From: an uncultured Alphaproteobacteria bacterium
GTDB taxonomy: Bacteria > Pseudomonadota > Alphaproteobacteria > HIMB59 > GCA-002718135
NCBI GenBank assembly: GCA_902591485.1
Contig: CACJAV010000002.1
Span: 55,172-119,171 of the forward strand
Length of the DNA stretch: 64,000 nt
Direction: 5' to 3'
This document shows positions 38,766 to 47,844 of the stretch, piece by piece. The notes beneath the pieces are model-generated. The model was not told the origin of the DNA. It ran no database searches and saw only the letters and a program-made list of their open reading frames with translations. Each line of letters begins with the position of its first letter. Within the stretch, counting starts at the first letter, position 1. Made by a program: the position numbers and the translations under genes.

Positions 38766-39324
38766 TAGAAATTCAGCAATTATAGAAAAGTATAATACTG
38801 GAAAATATCCGTTTGAAGATAATATTGAAATTATATTTTTTGAAAACTGCAATCTTATAATTCAACAAATTGCTGCATGGCCTGATGAAATATCAAATGT
38901 AGAAAAGTTTTTTTCTGATCAATTAGGGGTTCAAAAAAATATTGATTTTAATAGAGGAAAAATTCTAAACAACAATTCACTATGGAGAATGGAACCTTCT
39001 AAATGGTGGTTATTAGGCAGTACAATTAATTTGCCAGAGAATCTCGGAACATCACTTGAGCTATCTCACGCTTTTACCTCAATTACAATTAAAGGTGCAA
39101 AAAGTGACATCTTACTTAATAGACATTTACCTCTTGATCTACGATTAGATAATTTTCCAATACATTCATCAGCAAGTTCAGCAATTCATCATGTAAGTGT
39201 CAAACTCTTTAGACTTAGTGAGAAAGAATTTAGACTCTTTATTCCTAGAGGATTCGCTTTATCTATTTGGGAAATTTTGCTCGAGACAGCTTCTCAATTT
39301 GGTTACGAAATAATAGACAGTTAA
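38758..39324 (+). CDS. soxG: Sarcosine oxidase gamma subunit
   Basis: About 188 aa from ATG 38758, which overlaps the soxA stop (ATGCTTAA). Size and position match SoxG. The start is uncertain; the ORF track gives 38734. Confidence 0.8.
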   Translation: MLNRNSAIIEKYNTGKYPFEDNIEIIFFENCNLIIQQIAAWPDEISNVEKFFSDQLGVQKNIDFNRGKILNNNSLWRMEPSKWWLLGSTINLPENLGTSLELSHAFTSITIKGAKSDILLNRHLPLDLRLDNFPIHSSASSAIHHVSVKLFRLSEKEFRLFIPRGFALSIWEILLETASQFGYEIIDS

Positions 39325-39366
39325 AGTTGTTAGACATTATTCTTTTTCCATACTAAACATTTATTT

Positions 39367-40542
39367 ATGATTTTTACTAAAGAAGAATATTTATCCAGAT
39401 TATCAAAAGTAAAAAAGATAATGGATCAAAAGAATATGGATGTAATCATCCTAACGGATCCATCAAATATGAATTATTTAACTGGTTATGATGGTTGGTC
39501 TTTTTATGTCCCACAAGGAATAATTGTGGCTTTAGACTTGAGCGAACCAATATGGTTTGGAAGGAGACAAGATTCTAAAGGAGCAAAGGTAACAACTTAC
39601 CTTCAAGATAAAAATATTATTTATTATCCTGAAGATCTTATTCAAGCACCACCAACACATCCTTATGATTTTGTATCATCTTTTATTCATGAAAATAATT
39701 GGGCAAACAAAAATATTGGTGTTGAAATGGATGCCTATTATTACACTGCAGAGAATCATTACAGATTAACATCAACCTGTCCTAATGTAAATTTTAGTGA
39801 TGCAACACTTTTAGTGAACTGGATAAGATTAATTAAGTCTGAAAATGAAATAAATTATATGAGAGAGGGAGCTAAACTTGTTGAAGCTGGAATGATGACA
39901 GCATACGAAAATATTAAGCCTGGAGTTAAACAGAGTTATGTTGCTGGAAAAATCCAAAATAGTCTTATTGGTGGAAATGAAGAAATTAATATAGGTGGAG
40001 AATATGCAGGTCTAACAACTATTTTAGCAAGTGGAGTCTCCGCATCAGCCTCACATTTAACACCCAAAGATAATTTATTTAATAATAATGAGGGTACCAT
40101 TATTGAGTTAGCGGGTGTTAAGCATCGATACCACTGTCCCTTATCAAGATCTGTTTATTGTGGAAAGCCTGATTCAAAAATTTCAGATACCATGAAAATT
40201 ACCAATGAGGGAGTAGAGCAAGCAATTTCAATTATTAAACCTGGTAAAACGGCTCATGATGTTGCTGTTGCTTTTTGGTCTGTTTTGGAAAAGTATGGAA
40301 TAGAAAAAGACTCCCGACTTGGATATGCTACTGGTATTGGATATCCTCCTGATTGGGGCGAGCATACAATGAGTATTAGAAAAAATGATATGACGGTTTT
40401 GCAGCCCAATGTTACGTTTCATATGATAGCAGGTATGTGGATGGATACTTGGGGGATAGAAATAAGTGAAACAATTAATGTGACAGAAAATGGATGTGAG
40501 CTTTTATGTAATCTTTCAAGAGATTTACATATAGTAAACTAA
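39367..40542 (+). CDS. M24-family ectoine hydrolase-like protein (DoeA/EutD-like)
   Basis: 391 aa. DPSNMNYLTGYDGWSFYVPQ, GYPPDWGEHTMSIR and WGIEISETI.VTENGCELL closely parallel my recollection of Halomonas DoeA. Confidence 0.8.
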   Translation: MIFTKEEYLSRLSKVKKIMDQKNMDVIILTDPSNMNYLTGYDGWSFYVPQGIIVALDLSEPIWFGRRQDSKGAKVTTYLQDKNIIYYPEDLIQAPPTHPYDFVSSFIHENNWANKNIGVEMDAYYYTAENHYRLTSTCPNVNFSDATLLVNWIRLIKSENEINYMREGAKLVEAGMMTAYENIKPGVKQSYVAGKIQNSLIGGNEEINIGGEYAGLTTILASGVSASASHLTPKDNLFNNNEGTIIELAGVKHRYHCPLSRSVYCGKPDSKISDTMKITNEGVEQAISIIKPGKTAHDVAVAFWSVLEKYGIEKDSRLGYATGIGYPPDWGEHTMSIRKNDMTVLQPNVTFHMIAGMWMDTWGIEISETINVTENGCELLCNLSRDLHIVN

Positions 40543-40570
40543 TATATTGTGAATTAGTATATTTAACTCA

Positions 40571-40599
40571 TTGACAAATCAAAGATGAATTGTTTTAAA
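40571..40599 (+). promoter_or_regulatory. Candidate sigma70-type promoter upstream of the cytochrome c/flavocytochrome genes
   Basis: Perfect -35 TTGACA (40571-40576), a 17-nt spacer and a -10-like TTTAAA (40594-40599). The -10 element is weak and lies very close to the ATG at 40608. Confidence 0.3.
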
Positions 40600-40607
40600 T
40601 TATAAAT

Positions 40608-40934
40608 ATGAAAAAATTATTATTTGTCATTTTTTTACTAACATTTTTTTGCAAATTTGCATTTTCAGATGAGCAACAAATTATTGCAATGGGTGATATT
40701 GAATATGGAGAATATCTGGGTGCTGAATGTGTGTCATGTCATCAACAGAAAGGAGCAAGTGAAGGTATTCCTGCAATTCATGGTATGGATGCAGAGGTTT
40801 TCGTTGCATTAATGCTTGCTTACAGAGCAAAAGAGATGGAGAATCCTGTTATGAGAATGATCGCTGGGAGACTTAATGATGAACAAATTGGCTCCTTAGC
40901 TCTTTATTTTAGTCAATTAGAACCGCCAAAATAA
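40608..40934 (+). CDS. Monoheme cytochrome c (SoxE/FccA-like partner of the flavoprotein)
   Basis: 108 aa with a signal peptide and a single CVSCH heme-binding motif, immediately upstream of the FccB/SoxF-like gene. Confidence 0.85.
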   Translation: MKKLLFVIFLLTFFCKFAFSDEQQIIAMGDIEYGEYLGAECVSCHQQKGASEGIPAIHGMDAEVFVALMLAYRAKEMENPVMRMIAGRLNDEQIGSLALYFSQLEPPK

Positions 40935-41000
40935 TCATTTTTCTTTTACTTACTCTTAAAAGCTGATAACATCTTAATAGTCATTTACAGGGAGGACAAA

Positions 41001-42266
41001 ATGTCAAAAATTTCAAGACGTGCTTTTACAGGTCTTGCTGCTGCCTCAGTTGGAACACTTGCATTTCCATCTATTTCACTTGGTGCTTTACCAAAAGTTG
41101 TAGTTATTGGAGGCGGAGCAGGTGGTGCAACCGCAGCAAGATATATTGCGAAAGACTCTGGTGGCGCAGTTCATGTTACACTAGTTGAGGCTTCAAAGCG
41201 ATACTACACATGTTTTTTTTCTAATATTTATTTAGGTGGATTTAGAAATTACGCTTCCATAGGACATAATTACTATGGGCTAGCTGTAAACCAAGGTGTT
41301 AACGTAGTTCATGAGTGGGCTGTATCTGTTGATGCAGTTGCTAGAAAGGTCAAATTAGGTTCTGGGGAACATCTTTCGTATGATAAACTTGTTATTTCAC
41401 CAGGTATTGATCTTAAATATGATAAGATTAATGGATACTCTGCTGCAGTCCAAGATAAAATGCCTCATGCATGGAAGTCTGGTACACAGGTTCAGTTATT
41501 GAGAAATCAGGTTATGAACATGAAACAAGGTGGGACTTTTGTAATGGTTCCTCCACCTAATCCATATAGATGTCCACCTGGACCATATGAAAGAGTGTCT
41601 ATGATCGCTCATCAATTTAAACAATCTAATCCTACAGGAAAAATTGTTATCTTAGACCCTAAACCTAAATTTTCTAAACAAGGTTTATTTGAGGCAGGAT
41701 GGCAAAAACATTATCCAGGCATGATAGAGTGGATTAGTTCAGAGGATCATGGCGGGCTTAAAAATGTAAATGCTTCTACAATGGAGTTTGAAACAGATTT
41801 AGATACATTTAAAGCTGACGCTGCATGTGTTGTTCCCGCTCAAAGAGCTGGTGCTATTGCAATGGCAGCAGGCGTTAACAATGGTGATTGGTGTCCTATT
41901 GTTCCTGCATCTATGCAATCTCAAGCAGATGAAAATATTTATGTTTTAGGTGATGCATCTGTAGCTAAATCAATGCCTAAGTCAGGTTTTTCAGCAAACA
42001 GCCAAGCCAAAGTAGCAGCTAATCATATCAGAGGTGCTTTGACAGGAAGTAAAGTATTTGATGCTCGTTATTCAAATACCTGCTGGTCACTAATTGCTCC
42101 TGATGATGATGTTAAAGTTGGAGCGAGTTATGTTGCTGGTGCAGAAGCTATTGACGTTGAAAGTAAATTTATTTCACAAGCTGATGACACTAGTGAAACA
42201 AGAGCAGCTAACTATCAAGAATCTATAGATTGGTACAATGGTATGACTGCTGATATGTTTTCTTAA
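41001..42266 (+). CDS. Flavocytochrome c sulfide dehydrogenase flavoprotein subunit (FccB/SoxF-like)
   Basis: 421 aa with the Tat signal SRRAFTGLAAA and the FAD motif VVVIGGGAGGATAARY. It contains YRCPPGPYER, typical of FccB, and has a strong SD (GGGAGG). Confidence 0.88.
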   Translation: MSKISRRAFTGLAAASVGTLAFPSISLGALPKVVVIGGGAGGATAARYIAKDSGGAVHVTLVEASKRYYTCFFSNIYLGGFRNYASIGHNYYGLAVNQGVNVVHEWAVSVDAVARKVKLGSGEHLSYDKLVISPGIDLKYDKINGYSAAVQDKMPHAWKSGTQVQLLRNQVMNMKQGGTFVMVPPPNPYRCPPGPYERVSMIAHQFKQSNPTGKIVILDPKPKFSKQGLFEAGWQKHYPGMIEWISSEDHGGLKNVNASTMEFETDLDTFKADAACVVPAQRAGAIAMAAGVNNGDWCPIVPASMQSQADENIYVLGDASVAKSMPKSGFSANSQAKVAANHIRGALTGSKVFDARYSNTCWSLIAPDDDVKVGASYVAGAEAIDVESKFISQADDTSETRAANYQESIDWYNGMTADMFS

Positions 42267-42290
42267 AACTTTTAATTAATAGAGACAAAT

Positions 42291-42315
42291 AAAGGCGGCT
42301 ACTAGCCGCCTTTTT
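42291..42315. terminator. Bidirectional intrinsic terminator between fccB-like (+) and sulfur soxB (-)
   Basis: GGCGGC (42294-42299) pairs with GCCGCC (42305-42310) around the loop TACTA. The stem is flanked by AAA and TTTTT, and the T-run overlaps the soxB stop codon. Confidence 0.75.
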
Positions 42316-43999
42316 AAATTCCCTTCACTGTTACTGGATTATTATATTTTGGTTTAATAATTTTTTCATTTGATACATAATTTTCTAACAATTTATAAAT
42401 AGGAGGTCCTTCAACTTCAGGATTTATTGATCCCCAACCTCCAACAGTATATTTTTTTTGCGACTCAATTTTTTCACCATTAGATAATTTTAAATCATTT
42501 ATTCGATTTCCGATTGAGTTCTTAGGCTGGCAAGTATAAGTCATACCTCCAACTCTAACCATATCCCCCCCTTGTTGAAAGAAAGGGTCTGGATTAAATA
42601 TGTTATCACATACGTCTTCTAAAAGATTTTTTATAGTCTCACCACTCATCTCAGTTCTATATACTTCTGGATAATTCATTGAAGTTTGTGAATAAATATC
42701 ATCAATAGTTATCTTTTGACCTGGCAATAAAGTTGTTCCCCATCTAAAACCTGGGCTTAATGAAATTTCTGTATCTCTTTCCTGAATAATTGCGTCACAT
42801 ATAACACTATCCCAAGGTCCACCAAAATTACCTCTTCTGTAAAGTAAAGTTTCAGCTGCTCCGACGACACGGTTACATTCTTCTTCATACGGTTCTCTAA
42901 TTTTATCAATCAATCGCGTCATTTCTGGATCAGGCTGAATTACATCTGAAAAAATCGGTATTAAATTTGATGAGAAATCAACAACTTTGCCATTGTCGAC
43001 TTTTAAGTCAATCCTTCCTAAATATTTACCATGAGATCCAGATGAAAGAAGTAAAGTATTTTTAATCTTAATTGCTCTTGGAATAGCATCATGAGTATGT
43101 CCAGTTAACACAACATCAACATTATCTAGCATAGACGCTAATTTCTGATCTACATCGAACCCATTATGCGATAATAAAACTACTACTTCAGCACCATTCT
43201 TTTTTGCTTTATTTATATTTTTTTGAATGATTTCTGGTCTTATTCCAAAAGACCAACCTTCAACTAAGTACCTTGGATTAGCAATAGGAGTATATGGGAA
43301 GTGTTGTCCTATAACCGCAATTTTAACACCCCCTTTTTCAAAATAAGATGTACTTTCAAAGACAGGTTCATCCCATTCTGTATCAAAAACATTTCCACCA
43401 AGAAATGGAAAATCTATTTTATCAATTAGTTCACTGAGACGATCCTGGCCAAGTGTAAACTCCCAATGACCTACCATAGCGTCTGGCTTTAAGAGGTTCA
43501 TTGCTTCTAACATATCTTCCCCTTGAGTTTTTAAAGAAGTGTATGAACCTTGCCATGTGTCACCACCATCTAATAAAAGTACTTTGTCTTCTCCTCTTTC
43601 AGCCCTGATGTTTTTAATCAAGCTAGCTGTTCTATCTAATCCTCCCAGTTTGCCATACTCTCTAGCTAATGGAATGTAGTCCAGCATAGTATGTGCGTAT
43701 GCAAGTGGTGTGTTGGGCTCAATGCCAAAATAATCTAAAAAAACTTTTCCAACAAGATGAGGAGGAATGCCTTCGTATTTTCCAATGCCAAAATTTTCTG
43801 ATGGTGGTCTAAAAAAAACAGGTTTAAGTTGACCATGTATATCAGTTATATGCAGTAGAGTAATTTGACCTTTTGAGTCAAATTTTAAAAGATCATTTTC
43901 AGAAATTTCTTGTTTAGCGGCAACTGCGCTCCAACTTTTCCCCCCAATCAACATTGCTGTAATTGTAGCTAATTGAAGAAATTCTCGCCTTGATTGCAT
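42314..43999 (-). CDS. soxB: Sulfur-oxidation SoxB (thiosulfohydrolase, 5'-nucleotidase/metallophosphoesterase family)
   Basis: 561 aa with the Tat signal SRREFLQLA and metallophosphoesterase motifs (HITDIHG, GGDTWQG, GHWEF, LSHNG, GHTHD). Confidence 0.9.
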   Translation of the reverse strand: MQSRREFLQLATITAMLIGGKSWSAVAAKQEISENDLLKFDSKGQITLLHITDIHGQLKPVFFRPPSENFGIGKYEGIPPHLVGKVFLDYFGIEPNTPLAYAHTMLDYIPLAREYGKLGGLDRTASLIKNIRAERGEDKVLLLDGGDTWQGSYTSLKTQGEDMLEAMNLLKPDAMVGHWEFTLGQDRLSELIDKIDFPFLGGNVFDTEWDEPVFESTSYFEKGGVKIAVIGQHFPYTPIANPRYLVEGWSFGIRPEIIQKNINKAKKNGAEVVVLLSHNGFDVDQKLASMLDNVDVVLTGHTHDAIPRAIKIKNTLLLSSGSHGKYLGRIDLKVDNGKVVDFSSNLIPIFSDVIQPDPEMTRLIDKIREPYEEECNRVVGAAETLLYRRGNFGGPWDSVICDAIIQERDTEISLSPGFRWGTTLLPGQKITIDDIYSQTSMNYPEVYRTEMSGETIKNLLEDVCDNIFNPDPFFQQGGDMVRVGGMTYTCQPKNSIGNRINDLKLSNGEKIESQKKYTVGGWGSINPEVEGPPIYKLLENYVSNEKIIKPKYNNPVTVKGI

Positions 44000-44029
44000 T
44001 ATGTTACTCTAAATAATTACCTTTAATAA

Positions 44030-44683
44030 CTATTCGTCTTCTGGAGTTACATCAATATCTCTAGCTTTTCCAATAATATTTGTAGATACTTGACAATTAG
44101 TCATACAAGGATTCCCATGTGTATTCATGATGTCTGGTCTTGGATCAGGTAATAAAAAACCATCTTTATTTGGCATCTCTATTTCACCAATATTTTTATC
44201 TGATAAAACAAAATCTTCTTCGATTATGTCACCCATATATAGAAGATAGGCTACAATTTCATACGTTTCATCATAAGATAGGGATTGAGCTTCACCATAT
44301 GGCATTGCTCTATAAATATAATCAAAGATTGTAGAAGCAAAGGGCCAGTAACTTGTAGTAGTTTTCTCTGGATCATGTGAAGCTAAACTCCCTTCACCTC
44401 CAACGAGAGGAGGCCACCTATCTGCTCCTTCACCAAAATCACCATGGCATGCTGCACATACTTCAGCATATATTTCTTCTCCAGAAAAAGCAGTCCCACT
44501 TCCAATTGGTGCGCCAAACCCATCAGGTCTTACATCAATATCCCATCCTGCCACTTCTTCAGAAGAAGCAATCTGTCCTAAATTGAATTTTCTATCACTA
44601 GCTGTAGCTGTATTTGCTATAAATATTATTAATGAAAAGCCTAGTATGCATCTAACCAAGCCTAACATTATCAACCTTTCCAT
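44030..44683 (-). CDS. soxD: SoxD-like monoheme cytochrome c subunit of sulfane dehydrogenase
   Basis: 217 aa with a signal-like N-terminus and one CAACH motif, directly downstream of soxC and overlapping it. An alternative start is at 44668. Confidence 0.75.
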   Translation of the reverse strand: MERLIMLGLVRCILGFSLIIFIANTATASDRKFNLGQIASSEEVAGWDIDVRPDGFGAPIGSGTAFSGEEIYAEVCAACHGDFGEGADRWPPLVGGEGSLASHDPEKTTTSYWPFASTIFDYIYRAMPYGEAQSLSYDETYEIVAYLLYMGDIIEEDFVLSDKNIGEIEMPNKDGFLLPDPRPDIMNTHGNPCMTNCQVSTNIIGKARDIDVTPEDE

Positions 44684-45941
44684 TTTTTGAGACTAGCCAA
44701 GTTGCAATTGAATTATTATGATAAATTGAATTCACCCCTCTAATTTTTTGAAGCTCACTAATAGTTGGTTGTACGTAATTTGTCTCATCAATTGCTCTTG
44801 ATTGTAGCAGTAATTCCTCACCATTCCATTCAAATGGTAAAGTAAATCTAGTTAATGATTTGCTTAGGACTGGTGAGTGCAGTTGAGCAGTTTTCCAATT
44901 CTTACCACCATCAATGGAAACGTCTACACGTTTAATTTTACCTCTGCCTGACCAAGCAAGACCTCTTAATTGATGCAATCCTTTTGCAAGTATTGGTTTT
45001 TCAGGACTTGGAGAAGTTATGACCGATTTAGCATCCATAACCCATGTAAACATTCTAGCTTTTCCACTTGTTAACAAATCTGTATATTTAGAGGTTTCTT
45101 CTCTAGTCATATAAGGTTTGTCACCAAACTCTAGTCGTCTAATCCATTTTACCCACATATTACCTTCCCAACCAGGAACTACGAGGCGCGCCGGATAACC
45201 TTGTTCAGGTCTTAATGCTTCTCCATTCATTGCCCATGCAATGATACAATCATCTAAGATTTTTTCTATAGGAATAGAACGTGTCATTCCTGATGAATCA
45301 CTACCTTCCGCTAAAACCCACTTGGCTTTTTCTTTTAACCCTGTCTCTAAAAGAAGATCCGATAATTTAACACCTGTGTATTGAACATTATGAACCATTC
45401 CAAATGTGTATTGGCAGCCATTTAATTGCGATCCTCTCCATTCCATTCCACCATTTGCAGCACACTCAAGAAAATAAAATTTGTTTGTTTGAGGAAAGCG
45501 TTTTAAGTCATCAAGAGTAAATATCATTTCTCGATCTACCAAACCATTGATCATTAATCTAAAGTCTTGAGGATTAATAACTGAAACACCTCCATGATGT
45601 CTTTCAAAGCATAGGCCATTTGGTGTTACAATTCCTTCTAGATCTTGTAATGGAGTAAAATTAACTGAAGATTCAGCACTTGCTGTAAGCCACTCAACAT
45701 TTCTTCTTATGACATGTCCCTCAAATTCCGAAGGCATGCCGTAAGGATTTACATCAACACCGTCACCAAGGTATTGAGTCCACTCCGGAAGGTTCGGTGG
45801 CAAGTTTTCAGGATTTGCCTCTTCTGATAAAAGTTTTTTTGGAGCCAAAGAAAAAGCTCCAATACTTGACGCACCAATTATTAGGTCTCTACGATTAATT
45901 TTTTTAAATGTAGATAATTCTTTTTTTTTATTTTTTTTCAC
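44652..45941 (-). CDS. soxC: SoxC sulfane dehydrogenase molybdopterin subunit (sulfite oxidase family)
   Basis: 429 aa with the Tat signal NRRDLIIGAS. Molybdopterin oxidoreductase and dimerisation domains (ECAANGG, PARLVVPGWEGNMWVKW). Confidence 0.9.
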   Translation of the reverse strand: MKKNKKKELSTFKKINRRDLIIGASSIGAFSLAPKKLLSEEANPENLPPNLPEWTQYLGDGVDVNPYGMPSEFEGHVIRRNVEWLTASAESSVNFTPLQDLEGIVTPNGLCFERHHGGVSVINPQDFRLMINGLVDREMIFTLDDLKRFPQTNKFYFLECAANGGMEWRGSQLNGCQYTFGMVHNVQYTGVKLSDLLLETGLKEKAKWVLAEGSDSSGMTRSIPIEKILDDCIIAWAMNGEALRPEQGYPARLVVPGWEGNMWVKWIRRLEFGDKPYMTREETSKYTDLLTSGKARMFTWVMDAKSVITSPSPEKPILAKGLHQLRGLAWSGRGKIKRVDVSIDGGKNWKTAQLHSPVLSKSLTRFTLPFEWNGEELLLQSRAIDETNYVQPTISELQKIRGVNSIYHNNSIATWLVSKNGKVDNVRLG

Positions 45942-45943
45942 AA

Positions 45944-46270
45944 TTAAGAAACAATCATTTCTTTGGAAATTGAATATTTTTCACCATTATCGTCTAGCCA
46001 TTCAAAATCAAATTTACCACTTTCTTTAACCTTATATTGAAAAACAATATATGGGTTAGTTGATATAGAAGGCTCAAGATCCATTTGGAAAATCTCTTTT
46101 CCATTAAATTTAGCACTAAAAGAATTAATTATTTGTCTTGGTATTGTTTGTCCTTCAGGATCTTTCATTCTACCACTATGCATAGGGTGTCTAATTAATG
46201 TTTTAATTTCTACAATCTCATCAATAGATACTTCCTTTGGTACTTTAACTCTTGGTTTAATCGAAGACAT
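45944..46270 (-). CDS. soxZ: SoxZ sulfur carrier complex subunit
   Basis: 108 aa with a SoxZ-like sequence (IKTLIRHPMHSG). It sits between soxY and soxC. Confidence 0.88.
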   Translation of the reverse strand: MSSIKPRVKVPKEVSIDEIVEIKTLIRHPMHSGRMKDPEGQTIPRQIINSFSAKFNGKEIFQMDLEPSISTNPYIVFQYKVKESGKFDFEWLDDNGEKYSISKEMIVS

Positions 46271-46282
46271 AATTACTCCTTA

Positions 46283-46747
46283 TTATCCGCCACATCCACC
46301 AATTGTGACTTTAACTTTTGCATAGGTCATAAAAAATTGCTCATTATTATTTGCAGCTAATAAATAGACATTTTGTGTTTTTGATAAGCGCATTCTTGTT
46401 GTTGCAGAACACGATCCCATTTCTGGTGTGAAAGAGAATTTTGCAACATTTGGTGAAGGGTTTCCGTCTGCTAAAATATACACAGTTTTAATATGATCAG
46501 TTTCAGTCATAGGGCTGTCCATTTCAAAACTAACTTTTACCTGATTACCATTTTCTGCAATTTCAGGTAAGTCTAACCAAATATCACTTTCAGTTGCTCC
46601 CAATCCATTAGTAATTTCATTTATTCTGTCTAAGGCTTTATTAGATTGAGCAAATGATATTGAGGGAAAAACTGCAGTTCCTGTAAAAACAGCAATAAGC
46701 TGTAGGGCATTTCTCCTTGAAATTTTTTTTAATTTTCTTAACTTCAT
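46283..46747 (-). CDS. soxY: SoxY sulfur carrier protein
   Basis: 154 aa with the Tat signal SRRNALQ and the diagnostic C-terminal swinging-arm motif ..VTIGGCGG. Confidence 0.93.
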   Translation of the reverse strand: MKLRKLKKISRRNALQLIAVFTGTAVFPSISFAQSNKALDRINEITNGLGATESDIWLDLPEIAENGNQVKVSFEMDSPMTETDHIKTVYILADGNPSPNVAKFSFTPEMGSCSATTRMRLSKTQNVYLLAANNNEQFFMTYAKVKVTIGGCGG

Positions 46748-46824
46748 TAATATCCTTGTAAAGTATGAATAATGTTAAATTAACTTATTATTTAATATTA
46801 AATTTAATCAAATCAATCAAATAT

Positions 46825-47187
46825 TTAGTCACGACCAAGAATTTCATCTACTTGCCACCAAAACATTTCTGCACTCGAATATCCTGTAATTCTTCCAATT
46901 TCTTCTTTTTCCCTGAAAAAAACAAAAGTTGGTGTAATTTTTGTTTCATAATTATTTGGCTCATTTTTTATTGAGTCTTCATCAAGCTTAATTCTTTCTA
47001 GGGGAAAGTCTTTGGAGATATCTGTCTTGGGATAAATTTCACCAATTTCTTTTTCCCAAATTTGACAGTAAATGCAATAATCTGCAGTTATCATCACTAG
47101 TTTATTATCAGCAAAAGATGATTTAAATGATAATAAAAAAATACCTATTAAAAGTAATTTAAAGTTTAGCAACTTCCTAAACACCAT
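46825..47187 (-). CDS. Periplasmic thioredoxin-fold protein (SoxS/SoxW-like)
   Basis: 120 aa with a signal peptide, a CxxC motif (CIYC) and a cis-Pro loop (TPTF), upstream of soxY. Confidence 0.75.
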   Translation of the reverse strand: MVFRKLLNFKLLLIGIFLLSFKSSFADNKLVMITADYCIYCQIWEKEIGEIYPKTDISKDFPLERIKLDEDSIKNEPNNYETKITPTFVFFREKEEIGRITGYSSAEMFWWQVDEILGRD

Positions 47188-47222
47188 AAGAAAAATCTAA
47201 TTTATTCAGTCTTTCAAAAAAA

Positions 47223-47678
47223 TTATAGTTCTTTTAGTAACTCTTTAAATATTTTTTTTGACTTACCTCCCATTTTTGCTTTTTTAATCTTATCTAAATT
47301 GCTTAGGTCATCTCCAACCACTACTAAACCTATCATGCCCATCGATTTATGAGGAGTGCATACATATAAGTAGATACCGGGAATTTCAAATTTATATTCT
47401 ACGTCTTTATTTATTTTTGATTTGAATTTTTCAACTCCATCTGGCATCTCTACAAATTGAACATTATGTCCTTTGTCTACTGATTTCCAAATAATTGTGT
47501 CACCAATATCTACCTTTGCAACTTTTATAGAATAAACCATTTTTTCTTTACCAAGTTTATTCAACATTTCGATTTCAATAGTCTCTGCATAGCTATAAAA
47601 AGATATTGAGATGAATGAAATAATTAAAAAAATATATTTAAACATATTGAGCCCTTTAATTTTCATATTTTGTAACAA
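47223..47678 (-). CDS. Pseudoazurin-type blue copper protein
   Basis: 151 aa with cupredoxin ligands (..GHNV.. and CTPHKSMGM). The likely true start is ATG at 47645 (MFKYIFLIISF.. signal peptide). Confidence 0.88.
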   Translation of the reverse strand: MLQNMKIKGLNMFKYIFLIISFISISFYSYAETIEIEMLNKLGKEKMVYSIKVAKVDIGDTIIWKSVDKGHNVQFVEMPDGVEKFKSKINKDVEYKFEIPGIYLYVCTPHKSMGMIGLVVVGDDLSNLDKIKKAKMGGKSKKIFKELLKEL

Positions 47679-47844
47679 CTAAAGATTGAATTAATAATAA
47701 CATATACGATATTTTGTTATTTAATATAATTGCATAGAATATACCAATTAAAAGATTAAAGAGCAAGAATGAGTGCTATATTGATTTGTTAGAAAAACGG
47801 GTTTTACTATTTACCCTCAGCTAACTAGCATAGAGAATAGTTTC

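Noticed and set aside
46783-46820. Micro-repeat AATCA AATCA ATCAA in the soxY/thioredoxin intergenic region.
   Set aside because: It has only about three short degenerate units. This is within expectation for AT-rich spacer DNA.
46765-46974. 69-aa plus-strand ORF overlapping the thioredoxin-like gene.
   Set aside because: It is antisense to a gene with a clear CxxC thioredoxin signature, and its product is an Ile/Phe/Asn-rich artefact of AT-rich DNA.
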